DNA of 64,000 nt. Source: Paraspadella gotoi (taxonomy: Eukaryota > Animalia > Chaetognatha). The translations under genes and the position numbers were made by a program. Shown here piece after piece: positions 26,073 to 39,744 of the stretch; position 1 is the first letter of the stretch; each line of letters starts with the position of its first letter. A model generated the notes under the pieces. It was not told the DNA's origin and made no database searches. It was given only the letters and a program-made list of their open reading frames with translations. The stretch is from NCBI GenBank assembly GCA_051294375.1, contig CM119271.1:5879991-5943990 (forward strand), given 5' to 3'.

Positions 26073-28444
26073 AAAGTCAATTTGGAAAACATGAAAATTG
26101 TGAATTGTCAAAGCACTGATGAAGGCTTGAATGAAAGCCGAAACTTGTCTGAACAATAAAAATAAAATCGTTGACTTTGACTTTGTCTTTAATTTCAAAT
26201 ATCTCAAAACACAACGAAACAAAGTTTAATCACAATATAATTTTTAGTTAATTTTTAAAGTAATTGAACAATGAACAATTTGAACATGCATGGTCCGTCT
26301 TTTTTTTAAAAAGTTTTTGCTCGCCATCTTAAAATGGGCATCGACCTCAGATGGTTAAAGGTAAAATACCCTATTAGTGGTGATAAATGAGTTTTTCTGG
26401 AATAAAATGCATCTGTTTAAATAAAAAATAATTTTTTTGTCATTTTTAGTAAACCCATATCTCAGCACAGTGGTTGAATTTTGAAAATCGTCTCGATAGT
26501 TCTATTTGTATCATCGTTGTATCTATCCATAATTTCATCTATTTTGTTCCGGTAATTTCCTTGGAACTGATTCTCGGCTCGAAAAAAATCGGCCTAATTT
26601 GAAGCCTTCTGTATTTTCGTATTTTGTTCTCGTAGACGCACTGATGGTACTGCTCGCGGAGTTTCTCGTCGATTGGGTCAAACACGCCTTCATAACAAAG
26701 TTTAATGAGATTAGTGACGATGTTTATACAGGTATAGTAGTCGAACTACTATACTATACTATATTATAAAACTACTACTACGTAAATCACTTTCTTTTTT
26801 TTTTCCCGCCAGAGTACCGACTATCTCTGGCCCAAGATCTGGCGTCATCTCGACAGAAGCAGCACGGGATCGCCGACGACGTCGACTTTTTATCGCGTCG
26901 AATGGGGTTCTGCCCCATGCCGCTCGCCATTTTACTCTTTCGCATCGTTTGCCAGTCGGTGACTGGTCAGTGGTGCTTTTCGATTTTCTGCCTCGCTGTT
27001 TTTTTTTTTCCAACAACTTTTTATTTCTGTTCGTAGTGACGGATTACTTTGGAATTTTCCTCGTCTCGCTTTCGTATCTTTTTCTATTGACAACAAAAAT
27101 CTTTATTTCCATCGCTCTCCTTGCGATGGCTCACTCTTTCATTGTGGCGGAGGCTGATAAAAGAGGTGATTTGTGCTGGGAGGTGAGATTAAATAAATGA
27201 AAAAACAAAAGTTTTTTTTATAATCATCTACTATTAAGATAATTTTGGGACAGTTCTCGTTTGCATATATTTTACTTTTCCTTTGCTCTTTTTTAGTTCA
27301 AAAATTTTTTTGGGATTTTTTTTTATATTTCGCCAGACAGGCCCGTACTGGGCGAAATTTATGTTTATTTTTGCTTCTTAGTGACGTCGTCGTTACGCTT
27401 TTTTACAATTGGATATTATAAAAGAATGCAATTGTATGTAATAATTTATGATCGCATCAATCAATAATCTGCTATCATCGTATCAATCAATAATCTGTTA
27501 TCATCGTATCAATCAATAACTTATCATCGTATCGATCAATAATTTGTTATCCCATCAATCATTCGTTTTTTTTTTTGTTTTTTTTTTATAAATATTGAGC
27601 GATTGATATAGTCCTTTCAAGATTTTATTAATTTTCTTTGATATGGCGAGATCACTATACTTTTAAAATTTTTTTTCCTTTTATACAAATTTATTTTTTC
27701 TTTCATAAAAATTTTTTTTACTCCTGGTTTTCCAGCTCGTCCTGAACGAAGAGAGTGGGATCCACGGCCAAGGGTTGCACGTCGCCGCTCGTTGCACGAG
27801 ATTTCTTCCGCGCGAAAGGAAATGGGTCAAGACGAAAAATCAACCTCGGGTAAATAGAACCTCTGGGAATTTTGGATATATTTTTCTTTAAACTCAGCGA
27901 TTTTTTTTATAGTTAGCATGAGTTATGGTTTAAAAAGCAGAAAAAAGAAATTTTGATTCTGAAAATAAGAATAATAACCATAATATATGATTATTACTAA
28001 TTTCATCTATCGATACATAATACATAATCTGTGCTTGTTATAATACTCAAATAATATTATTACTAATTATTTGCACAGACAAAGCCTCAAATGGAATTAC
28101 CAGCCAAGGCCCTTACAATTCTCCTAACCAGCCCCGTGAGTCATTCAAGCTTTGCGCCAATACGTTACCATTTAGCGATTCCGAGGGTCGTTTTCTTCCT
28201 CAGAAATCCTCTTTAATTCCTCATATTTGCAGACAATTCGCCTCCCGGATCCGCGGCCGCGTCAACCTCCTCGACGTCTTCTTATCTCCAGTCCATCTCG
28301 TCCCCCTCATCCCCCTCATCCTCCTATTCCTCAGTCTCCCCGCCCTCCCCCGATCTTGGAACCCCCTCCGGAGTCTCAAAGTCCAAGGGCCCCCCGCTCT
28401 CGCAAGTCGACCGCTTTACGATGTGCAGTAATCGGATTGTGTGA
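23767..28444 (+). CDS. TAPT1: Transmembrane anterior posterior transformation protein 1 (multi-exon)
   Basis: VYTFIRIPKEVEKFMLYG, DAFLYVFTFLPMR, YHIVRGQAVIKLYIFFNMLDVGDRL, QATTLNVAFNSHNKALLTIMMSNNFVELKGSVFKKF, DWVKHAFITKFN and C-terminal VDRFTMCSNRIV*. Confidence 0.95.
25707..26591. mobile_element. MITE-like non-autonomous element in a TAPT1 intron, with ~30-bp imperfect inverted repeats
   Basis: cgatttttcttgcccagaatcggttccaa (25707-25735) versus the reverse complement of ttggaactgattctcggctcgaaaaaaatcg (26561-26591). No coding capacity; internal (CT)n. Confidence 0.5.
26012..26071. repeat. (CT)n microsatellite
   Basis: ~30 perfect CT units. Confidence 0.95.
27457..27552. repeat. ~26-bp intronic tandem repeat (3-4 copies)
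   Basis: tcaatcaataatctg(c/t)tatcatcgta repeated with decay. Confidence 0.8.
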
Positions 28445-29491
28445 CGACTGGCAGAGAGAGAGAGAGAGAGAGATCCACACAAATTTTTTTTTATCTAAGA
28501 AGACGGTCGCTAAAAAATCTTTTAGTGGGGAGGAGCGATGCCACAGGGGGCATCGATGTCTAGTCGTTTTCTAAACGGATTCTGATTCTAAATGTTCTTA
28601 TCTTTTTTGCTTTTTATGCAATAGTATGGAAAAAAAAAGAGAACTCATTTTGGAAAGAATGGGTAGTTATTAAGAATTAACGTAACTAAATCTCGATACG
28701 AAAACTGTTCATATAATTTCATTTTCCTCGCCTTGTTCTACGAGAGATCTTTAAAATTCTCATTATTATAAATTATTAAATTATTGTGCCAAACCATTAA
28801 TTTAACTGCCATGTTATTTTGTTAAATTTATTAGTTAAATGAACACTGTACATTGTACAGTGACTTGAAGTTGTGGAATCAAACTAATTTCAAAAAAGAA
28901 ATTTCTCGACCAAAAGCACTTCGTCGAAATGTTCGACGAAACACTAACTTTGCTAAGAAAGCGCACGGCTGGATATTTCCAAATCGGTAAAAAAAACCGT
29001 TCTTCCTCCTTTATAAAAAAAATGGCCGTTGACTTGCAATTTCTTGCGCGAAAAAATGAAATTTAAAAGAATTTCACGAGTAATCGATTTAATGGGTTTA
29101 TTAAACTCCCACTTTTATTCCAGAGATCAAGAAACTTGAGTTTTTCTAACTTGTTAACGCGTTTTGCCAACCTGTTAAACCCTCAAACCGGAGAAACTCG
29201 TTAATCTACTTTTACTTTAATTTTTTTCCGCGTCTTTTCTCCTCCTCATTTTCCTCGAGAAAAAAGCTTTAAGTTTAAAAGAATTGCCGTAAATATAAAT
29301 AAATATCATACGATCTTTTCGTCTTGTTAAAAAACAATGCTTATATTAAAAAGAAAAATCAAACTCGTTCATAACAATAAAATATTGCCTTTTTTCGAAA
29401 TTTTTTAAAGTTTAGTTCAAGGTTTATTTGGAAAGTTTTGTATGGGCGTCGACAGAAAAAAACCAATTACATTAGGGCGAGGTTTTTGACT

Positions 29492-31060
29492 ATGGGATGC
29501 GTGGCTTCCGTTCGCGTCAGGCCGAGCCTCAAGACTTCCAAACCCTTGACGACGACCTCGGAATTGACGCCCAAAATCGAGTCGCAAAACATATCAAAAA
29601 TTCAAGGTCATTTTGTTAACATTTTATGATTTTAAACATCTCATTTTGCATTGGTCAACACAATAGTCATGATGCTAACTATGGAATCGTTTACTTGATT
29701 ACGGAGAATGCTTTTCGAGCAAAAATTAAATGATAAAACGCTTTGTTACCTATGATTTATTATATAATAACCGGTCTGCCGACTGTTGTTAGTACCGTTC
29801 GATATTCCGTTCCAAACACCATCTTATCATCCACTCATCGTGTTATCGTCTCCACCAGATTTAGTTCCCACCGCCCCACTTCAGCCTTTTTTTGACCGCC
29901 ACGTTATTGGAATTAATTAATTTAATATATAAAAATAGCTTTGACGAATTTGTAATGGAATCAAAATTCGAAAATATAAATTATGAAAACTTGTGTTTTA
30001 TAGAAAAGTTTAACCTTATTTTAAAAATTAGATCATATTTTTAAGAAATTCATTTTAGTACTAAACATGGGTTAGTACTATACATTAAAACAGTTGAATG
30101 TTTAAACAAATTTATTTGAAAAAAAATGTTTATAAACTTTTTAATAAAAATTTATTTTTTAAGATTTAGATTTCGATAAGTATAACTTCGCCCTATTTAA
30201 GCGTATATATATTTAATAATTAGATAAAACCTTTCAAAAATAAACAAACTGGCAGACCCGATCGTCGTATCCTCCGATATCAACATCCACGACCGGCGTC
30301 CCAAGAGGCGCCTCATCACTCGGACGCGGCGCCGTCGACCTTTGTTTCGAGAGGAAAAGATAACGGAGTCGTTTCGCGTGGGTCTTCCGGTCAGAATGTG
30401 GCCAGAAGCCGGCGACTTCAACGCCAATCGATTATCCAAATCTGAAGATAGAAAAGGTGCCGACTATTTTGTTTTCTCATTTAGCGTCCCCGTTATCGAT
30501 TGTTTCTCTTTATTAAATATCACGTTCTTCGCATTCAACCATTTTTATCCCTTTCCCCCGACTGCAAATCGATTGACTCGTTCTCGTTCCCCGGAGATTT
30601 CCTAGTACCCGAATATCCGTCGAAAGAATTCGGCAGAAAAACCAGAAAAGTCTTCTTTGAAGCGATTCGAGAGGACGAGGGCGGTGAAGAGATGGCGTCC
30701 CTTGATACCGTCCCACCTTTGGTAGCACAGCATACTCGAAAAGCGGAACCCTGCGTGTCTCGCGTTATTACTGATCCAATGATAAATAAAGAGGGAAAGT
30801 TGGGTGCGGGAGCTGACGATGTCAATCCTGACGTGACGCTAACTAAAGGAAGTCCTCGACTCTGGACCTTCGATTTGGCGGGTAACGATGCGGCGTCGAA
30901 AGAAGGGCTCAAAGACAGTAGAACTAATGGAACAAGTCACAGATATTTTTCAAAGCACAACTTTGACAATCAAGAAAGAGGAGGTGGCGACATTCGCTTG
31001 TTAAAAGGTCAACTCTGTGACTGTGAAGAGAGTTTAGTAAAAATAGGGGTGGATGAATAA
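29492..31060 (+). CDS. Uncharacterised ~256-aa protein with MGC acylation-type N-terminus (exons 29492-29606, 30256-30456, 30606-31060)
   Basis: Three exons join through phase-1 GT-AG introns into one open frame starting MGCVASVRVRPS. No recognisable domain. Confidence 0.55.
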
Positions 31061-31437
31061 GGGGTTGAATGATTGATTCATTATTTTTTTTTGTCAAAAT
31101 TAATCTTTAATTATTAATTAATATATGCATCCCTGTCTTGTCTCGTTGGAATTTTTTAGTCAAATGTCACAGCGAAGGAGAAATAATACTCTGAACTTAA
31201 ATGGAGCCTCTTTGGATATGTGTAAAATAAACATTTTCTTTTTCCTGTTTTTCTACCTCACACACAAACACACCCGCAAGCAACAAGGCCTCTAGTTGTT
31301 TCAGCCTACCGATTCGATCCCCGTTGGTTTTTGCTTTGATTTTCTCGCCCATTTGCCTTCGCCCATTTGCCTTCGCCGATCGATGTAGTTTTTCTCCTCG
31401 CAGCTTGCGCCGTCTGCATTAATTCTCCCCGAGAAAA

Positions 31438-31920
31438 AACAAGTTTGAGCAAACCATGCCGGATCTGCCCACGATCATTTGCGTTAAGCAGCTAATTAAT
31501 TATTTAATTTAATTTTTCATTGAATCGTCAGCGTTAATTTAATTATACTTTTTTCTTTTCATATAAAATGTCAATTGCAGATTGATTGATTGATTGATTG
31601 ATCTTTAATTAACATTTTATATTTAAAAAGGAAAAAATTGTAATCAAATACTGAAACGATTTTTGTTTTCCCATTTATACTCATTTCCACTCCGATTCCA
31701 TCCTTCACCCATTCACAAAATTTCAAGTAAATCGCGCCCAACGCTAATGAGTAATTGGCACTCAAAGCTAACGGGGGACGGACGATCGGACGGAAAACGA
31801 ATTTTTTGCATAATTTATAATAATTCGATGTTCTGACATGATCTAAGTAACTTGCCGACAAGATTTTGTGGTGTGACAGACGGACCAACAAAGTGAATCG
31901 TAGAGCCGGGATCTGCTGTA
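31438..31920 (-). mobile_element. Helentron-associated (HINE/DINE-1-like) non-autonomous element, near full length
   Basis: The reverse complement is colinear with 43851-44286: cagcagat..ccggct, attcactttgt, aatcttgtcgg, agatcatg(t/c)cagaa, GTCC microsatellite, gcgatttacttgaaattttgt, gagtggaaatgagt, gggcagatccggcat. Confidence 0.75.
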
Positions 31921-31924
31921 AATA

Positions 31925-32045
31925 ATAGTAAACAAACTCTCGCGTCCCGTAACAATAATCTGCGCAATTTTTAAATATAAATATAAATATAAAAATAGTA
32001 AACAAACTCTCGCGTCCCGTAACAATAATCTGCGCAATTTTTTAA
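31925..32045. repeat. ~50-bp perfect direct duplication abutting the HINE copy
   Basis: aatagtaaacaaactctcgcgtcccgtaacaataatctgcgcaatttttaaa occurs at ~31925 and ~31995. Confidence 0.85.
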
Positions 32046-33904
32046 AAATTGTTTATGATTAACTGTATATTTGTTTATTTCGACTGCAAATTTACGTACT
32101 ATTTAATTTGTTTACTCGCTTACCTTCTGCCACACAATTGTACATTCACAGAACAATAACGGCGAAAGAGAACAATGATCAGTTGATCACGACGCATTCA
32201 AGAAGAGATCGCCATTATTTTTGGGCGAAAGAAACTATTTTTGCCACCCTGAAAACCTGAACCTCACTGCGGAGATCACTCTTGCGTGAAACTTTCATTT
32301 AAACTCGGACGATCGTCCATGTGAATTAATAAATTTAAAAAACAAAAAAGTTGAAAAAAAACACAAATACAAACGCCCTCTTTTTCGTTTTATAAATTCT
32401 CCGTTTTCATCTTCCTCGACATTCGATTGACTTTTTTTTTTTATCGCCCTTCGATCGTCACCGCTTTTTCTTTTTTCCACTTCATTCGCTCGCGCGTACA
32501 TCGCAATTTCGCGGCGCGCCCGAGCCCGCGTTCGCGTTGCCATTTTTCTTGTGCGAGTGGGTGTTCGCGAGACGTCTCGATTATTCTCTCCATCTCTTTA
32601 ACTCGTCATCTGTCACACCGCGCGGGAAACGGACACAATACATAACATACGTAAACATATATAAATGCGACGGATGGATTGAGTTCTTTTCCAAGAAATA
32701 TTGGCGTCTCCCAAAAAAAGACTCTCCGGATTTGACCGCCAAGTTTCGATGAAAGGGAAAAATAAAAACGAAGTGAAACTCATTCACGAATCCAGTTTTT
32801 CTGCGCATTTTGTTCGTTCCCTATGCCATGGCCAATTTCATAAAAGATCAACGAGTAAAACTGTTTAAAAACAGTATTTTGATACTTCGTTTCGATCGCA
32901 AAAACAATGTAAGGAAAAAGTGAGAACCACATTTATAGAAAAAAGGCGCTCTTTCCTACGAAACAAGAAAAAACTTTTGCGTTGAATCCGTTAATCATTA
33001 TTAGTTTATTCAGGTGAGAGATCGTAATTAATGAATACGCTTTTCGTTGTATTGAGCCTTTCGTTCGTTGCGATAATAAATTCTAAGAGAAAACGACGAT
33101 TTTGTTGTTGAAGAGACATCACATGCAAATCTCTCTCTCTTACCCTTACACGTACCCAATAAAATATTTAATCTACCCATTATACCCATCATCTAAATAG
33201 AATAACGTAAAAATAAATAAAAATATAAAAACCTAAATCCTAAATATAGATTATGAATACTAATTGATTGATTAGTTGATCGATTGATCAAAATATTTAT
33301 TAATTAATTAATGTTTTTTAAAATTTTATTTAAAAAGTAAAATGAAGGTAAATAATATATATATCTTTACATTTATGGATTTGTATGCATGCATGTATAC
33401 ATGCAAGTAAAAGTATGCAACTATATGCATATATCTATTATATTTTAAAATATCTTTTATATAAATGCATAATATTAGTTCAAGGGAAAAAAGAAAGTAA
33501 GACAGAAAAAAAAATTAATGGAAGGGCAGAAAAAAGAAAATAGGTGAAAAAAGGAAAAGGTAAAAGCAAAGGGAGAAAAAGAAGAATAAAAAATGGGAGG
33601 AAAGAGGGAGGGGGAAAGAGAGAAATAAAAGCAAATTAAAAGATTTCATACTAAACCATGAAAAAAGTTATAATTGAAAATTAACCAAAATTAAAACTTA
33701 AAATAAATATATTAACGGTTATTTTTAACCGTTAATAACGATTAACGAAACTCTAGTCGAAATTTTTTTCAAATAAAAACCAGTCGTTGTTTGGTAACAA
33801 AACTTTGTTTTCTCTTCGGGTATTATTATCATATGAGGATAAAATTAACATCGGCTAATTGTCTCGTAGCCATCGTCATTCGTCAACGCGAAAGCTTTCG
33901 ATGA

Positions 33905-36900
33905 ATGTCGGTCAACATGTCGCTTCGTGACGCGGCCGGATCCGAAAATAGCTCCATCGCCGCCTCACCCAGCGCCTGCACCTCTCAGATAAAGGATCGC
34001 CACTCCGATACAGGTGAGATGGTTCCTACCTTTGCTAATAGGTGTGTTCCACCTTGCGATTGGTTCCACAAATAAGATGAATCAGCTTTGTCTCACCTCC
34101 TTTGACTCTTGTTTTTAGAGCCACAAGCCTCAACGTCGTCTTCGACAGTGTCGGCCGACCAAGTCTCTGAAATCTCCTCGACAAAGTCCGCCAACAACCT
34201 GGCTGCCAAAGAATTGTTGGGATCATTGCTACTCAGGAACACCGAAGGTAAGCCGATTAATAAATTATCAGAGAGTCGCTGCTTGCAGTTAATTGAATTC
34301 GTAAAATAAGTGGACAGAACTTTTATCATTTGAATCAAGGTCGTAAGATTAATAGCCCGAGTCCGTTTACGAAAGACCCCAAAAGCAAGGCATTCTATAA
34401 TTTCACCCCGACATTCTACGCTAATCTTTTTTTAATTGTATCTTTCGATCCCCCGATTTTGAACGCCCGCTTGTCGAGAGGGTTAAGGATTACTTGTAAA
34501 TTGAGGTCTTGATTACGTCTTTGATCGATCTTTTTCCCCCCGAGTAAAATCTCTATTCGAATAAACAAATAAAACAAAAAAGTCGACAAACTGAACATTC
34601 AACAGATTGAGAACAAAACTAACTTTTGTTATTTCTTTGTACAAGCTTGAGATCACTTATTGCTTGTTTTGTTACCTTTTCTGCATGGTGATCATTCTTT
34701 ATTTTTCTGAGTCTTAACGTTCGCAGTGGTTTTCAATTATATTAATTTTTATTTGCATTGCTAATCATGTCATATAGCCTCCTATATACACTCCGACAGT
34801 ATGATTTTTTTCGTTTGTCGTTGTTGTTGTTGTTGTCGCCGCACGGCATATCTATGCAACCGTAAAATCTAAAGAGTTGAATGATTGTGGGTTTTGAAGG
34901 TCTCGGTTTGGCATTTCCTATGATGTATAATAATACATTCGATTTTCCTCTTTATTGATTAAAAAGTACTTAAAATTTGAGATGTTGCGCCGCATTACTT
35001 TTCATTTTACTTATCATGTCATTTATTCCTTATAGTTTATAAGATTTCTTTAAAAACAAAAGGCGTCACCAGTTGTCGCTTAGATTTGATTTTTAACAAA
35101 TGAGCAACAAACTATAGGCAAGTTATAAGCGTTTTTAACATAAGTAGGACAGACCGACGGATAGACATATTAGACATACCGACGGATCGACCGGCGGACC
35201 GACCGACCGACAAGTGACAAGTAAATATTGGTTCTAAAATATTTTACCAACTCTTCCCTTCCTTCAGGGATCATCTTCTTCATCAGTAGCGACGGAAAAA
35301 TCGAATTCGTGAGCGAAAATGTCACGCAAGCGTTGGGTTTCAAGCAAGACGATCTTCTAGGAAAGCGCATTTTTAGGTTCTTGTTTCATTTTTTTCAATT
35401 TTATACACCTCGTTCGTAACCAGCATTTTGAACCTTTCTTTCCGCAGCATCGTCTCGCATTCGGATCACGAACAGATCAAGACTCTTTTTCCTTCATCCT
35501 CCTCGACGTTTGCCACCGGGAGTGAGGAAGCCTTTGATTGGGACGCCGCTGCCAGCGGTCTATCCACGCAAAAGGGAAAGTCAAAAACCTTCAGATGTCG
35601 ACTAATCAAGAAAGGTGAGTCGATCCACCAAATACGAAGACTGATCCGAATAGACCACAAAATCCGCTAACTTTTGTGTTCATTTTTTTCCCCTTTAAAG
35701 TCGACGCGACTTCTTCAGCCACAAACCCGGCAATCGTTTTAGAATGGATGCAATTCACCGCCTACCTGACGCCGCACCCTCTACCGGTGGATCAAGACAT
35801 CGTCGACGTCCTCATCGGCGAAGGAAACGTCGGCGAAGCCACCAAACTTTGTCTGGTTCGATCGCCATGAATTTTTTAACCTACTGGATATTTATTTTTT
35901 TTTTTTAATTTCAAAATGTTAATTTTGCCTGTAATGTCTCAGCCACTGGTTTCTCTTTGCTTATTTCCTTTTTTTACTCCGTAGGTCTGCGTCGCGAAGA
36001 AGATCCCTTTCGAGGAGGCGACAACGTCGTTGATGTCCCGAAATTCCTCGCCGACTCCGGTTCCGTCTGTCGCGAATGTCGGTGCGGCCGCCCCGCCCCC
36101 CTTGCCGTCCGGCTTCACCACGAAGATGAACTCCCACGGAGTCGTTTTGGGTAAGGGACTACCTTTCTTATATCTTTCATTTTTTTAGACAGTAAAAGAA
36201 AAATGAACCAAAAAAAAGAATTACGAGGAATATAAATTTAAACTTTCCTTAATCATCTTAAGGAGTGGACAACCCCGGGCATCCATCTCTACTAGGACTC
36301 CCCCAATCAAATTTCGAAGCTTCAGTAATGCCCGAAGATGTCCCAATTTTTCGGCGGCATATCGCTGAAGTGACGTCCAAGCCTCAGTCCGAGACATGGT
36401 CTCAACCCTACCGCTTTCAAATTGCCAACCAGTTTTATTTCATTCAGAGCTGCTCTAAAGTGTTACAAAAGTACGTTTAAAAATTCTGGCCACTTTATAG
36501 CCAATATATTTATTAATAACGGATATTTAATTTTTCGCTAGATTCATTATTTCCAAGCATTCAATTCTCAATCCGGCACTCAAATCCTCTTTGCCGACGA
36601 AGGACGCCGACGCATCGGCAACTCCGACTGCGTTGACCTTAAACCGTCTTAAACAGGTTTGTGAATGTGTGAGTTTAAATCTTATATATATTTTATATAC
36701 ATTTTTGTCTTCATTTTCAATAATTATATCTTGTTTCCTAGCATCTCTCTGGAAATCCCTGTAAAACATCCCCCATGAGTGGTGTTTCGTCGACCATGGG
36801 GACCTCGATGCAGCATTCCAATTTGCAGCATTCTAATCTGCAGCAACCACAGCTGCAGGCGATGAACGACTTAATGAGACGCGCAGCCGCCGAGGCAATA

Positions 36901-39479
36901 TCCACCTCGAATACTGGGCCACCGTTATCGAATCAAATGGGCTTGGTGGATTTGTTGCAGCAAAAAAGAACACAAGCCGAAGAAAAGGTCGGTTGCCGAG
37001 ATTATTAAAAAAAATTTTAAGGACGCTTGTTATTTTATCTATCTTTTATATTTCAGAAAAAGATTTTCACTGCGAACACGATGTCACAGCCGGCCATTGG
37101 TAGACCACGTCTCAACATATCCATTGCTCAACAATTGCAAATGCAACATCTTCAAAAACAGCAACAGCAACAACAGTTGTTGCAATACAGAGGAGCAAGC
37201 CCAAAAATTGAGCCAACGAGTCATTCGGGTTCGTGTCCTGGCTTTTTTCGTTTGTAAGCGAATGCCGTGTAAAATTTTTTCAAAAAAAATTTAAATTTTC
37301 CAGAGCCTAGTCTCCAGATCAATGGGCAAGACATCCAGTTTCAGTCCCAGCAGCGCTTGATCCTCCAAACGCAACAACAGCTGCAGCAGCAGCAAATCCA
37401 GCTTCAGTTGTCTGCTCCGTCACCGGTAACGCCAAGCGGCAGCACGGTCAGCGCCTGCAGCAGTCTCGACGCGCGCCTCAACTTGCTCGGCCTTCAGACT
37501 CCGAACTCGCTCGGCCCCGTCACCTCTCCAAACACCGTCTTTTCCACCGCTTCATTGGCCAGTAACTCTCAAGGTCTGTAAGCAGAGAGTCTCGATATTT
37601 ACGACGGCCTATTAATTCTATAGGAACATCGAGAGAATACAGTAGAGAAGAAAAGAAAATAGGAAAATATAGAATTATAGATTTTTTAAATTTTTTAGTT
37701 CTTCGTCATTTCTTTCTTTATTTTTATTGTTGTTGTCTTTTATAAACTTTTTTCTCTCTCCTCTTCTCTCTCCAGACCTCGTTGGAGTCAAAACGGAAGG
37801 CGGCGTTCTTCCCTCCGACCCTGACTCACCGGGGATCAACGTCAACGAGGACAAGCGGGAGTCCGGCTCCGCGATTCTCAAGCAACTCCTCAGCCAGAAG
37901 GACGACGACGATTTCGAGGCGCAGCGGGAAAGGACGGTGAAGAGGTCGCTCGAGATCAAGAAGCAGGAGGAGTTCGAGCACGGCGTTCACGGTCAGTCGT
38001 AGATCCTTTTTTTTCGCCTTTTGGTCAGATTCCTGATGTCCGATGGGGCATTGGGTCATTTAGGTAAGTAGACAGGGATTTCGATATGAAACCAAGGTGG
38101 AATTTATTTGTAGAAAACAGACTAGAAGACGGATATAAAATCTACAATGCAAGTGGATCAGAGACGTGGGTAAAATTTCCAGGCGGATGGAAGCCCATCC
38201 GCCTATTGGCCGGTTCCACCTGGATCTCGACCAATCAGAGAGCTTGATTCCATTTTGGTGATTTCTCCCCGAATCTTTAATCCGGTTCCATTTGATTCCA
38301 CCTTTTGAGTTTCTGTTTCTCCTGTAATGGGGTAATGAGTAATATTATTATACTTGAGACAGAAGTCGACAAATTGGCTTTTTATTCGGCTTGTGATCTT
38401 CGATATTATTCTTTACATAGCAACATAATGAATTAATGATAAACGAAATAAACATAAACGAAATTTGCGAATTCTTTAATTCCTTGTCGCTGTTATGAAA
38501 CGCGAGTTGACTGAATAGTGAATATAAATTAAACTTTAGCTTTTAAACATTAAAATCCTAGTGAAAATTGAAGTCCTCGACGAAACTCGCGAGAAAAGCG
38601 TGACGACGACGACGTCGAAAGAATCCGAAGATTGCCACCTCCTCAAGCAGCTATTGGGTAAGTTAGTGACGAACTCATTTGCTTTTGTGCGAACTTATTT
38701 TTTTTCTGTACTTCGCTTGATAGGCAAAGATGGCGACGACGATGAGGCTAACGACGTCGACATGGACTCCAAGAACCTGTCGTCCTTTTCGCTCAATCGC
38801 GCCTCCCCTACTCCCCCCTTCCCCGATTCCCCTTCGGCCGGAGCTGCTCCGAAACCGCAGAATCCCCTCCATGCACGACCGCAGCACAAGAAGTCCCTCA
38901 AACGGAAACTGGGCGCGGACGACGTTAATGGAAACAACCGACAGGAGAAGGTAAATGATCGAGGGGACTTGGGCTTTTTTCATTTCGATTGTTGTATTTA
39001 GGAACTTAACCTCCCATTCGTCTCATTTAACGCAGGACGTTCTCCTCCGCGAACTGCTGGCTCGCAAGTCGGAAGCCACGCCCAGTGTCAAGACTCGAGA
39101 AGCGGTTGGTTTGAAAGTTGTTATGTTTTCGTTGATAAACCATAAGAGTTAAGGACGATGTTTTAGTTTATTTCCGTCTATTATTTCTCTTCTCGCATCC
39201 TTTCCCTTTTTCTTCATTCTTCAATCTTCGTCCTCAGACTTCCACCGGCGCCCGACTACCCCAAGACCGCCTCCCTGCGCCCGAGACGCTCCAGTCACGC
39301 CTGCGGTGCCACGGTTCCACTTACGACGCTGGAGACGCCAACAACAACGGGAGCGTCGGCGTCGGTGGTGACTTCGGGATGTCGCTGGCAGACTCGATGC
39401 TCAACGCCGGAGTTTCCGCCGCCGCAAGGACGGAAGGTTTGTTTAGAATTGAGTGCTTTTTTTAAACGAAAATGGACGA

Positions 39480-39532
<53 letters not shown>

Positions 39533-39539
39533 ACACTCT

Positions 39540-39593
<54 letters not shown>

Positions 39594-39594
39594 C

Positions 39595-39661
<67 letters not shown>

Positions 39662-39664
39662 CCT

Positions 39665-39744
<80 letters not shown>

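Noticed and set aside
27457-27552. Tandem repeats as a CRISPR-like array
   Set aside because: No unique spacers; eukaryotic intronic minisatellite.
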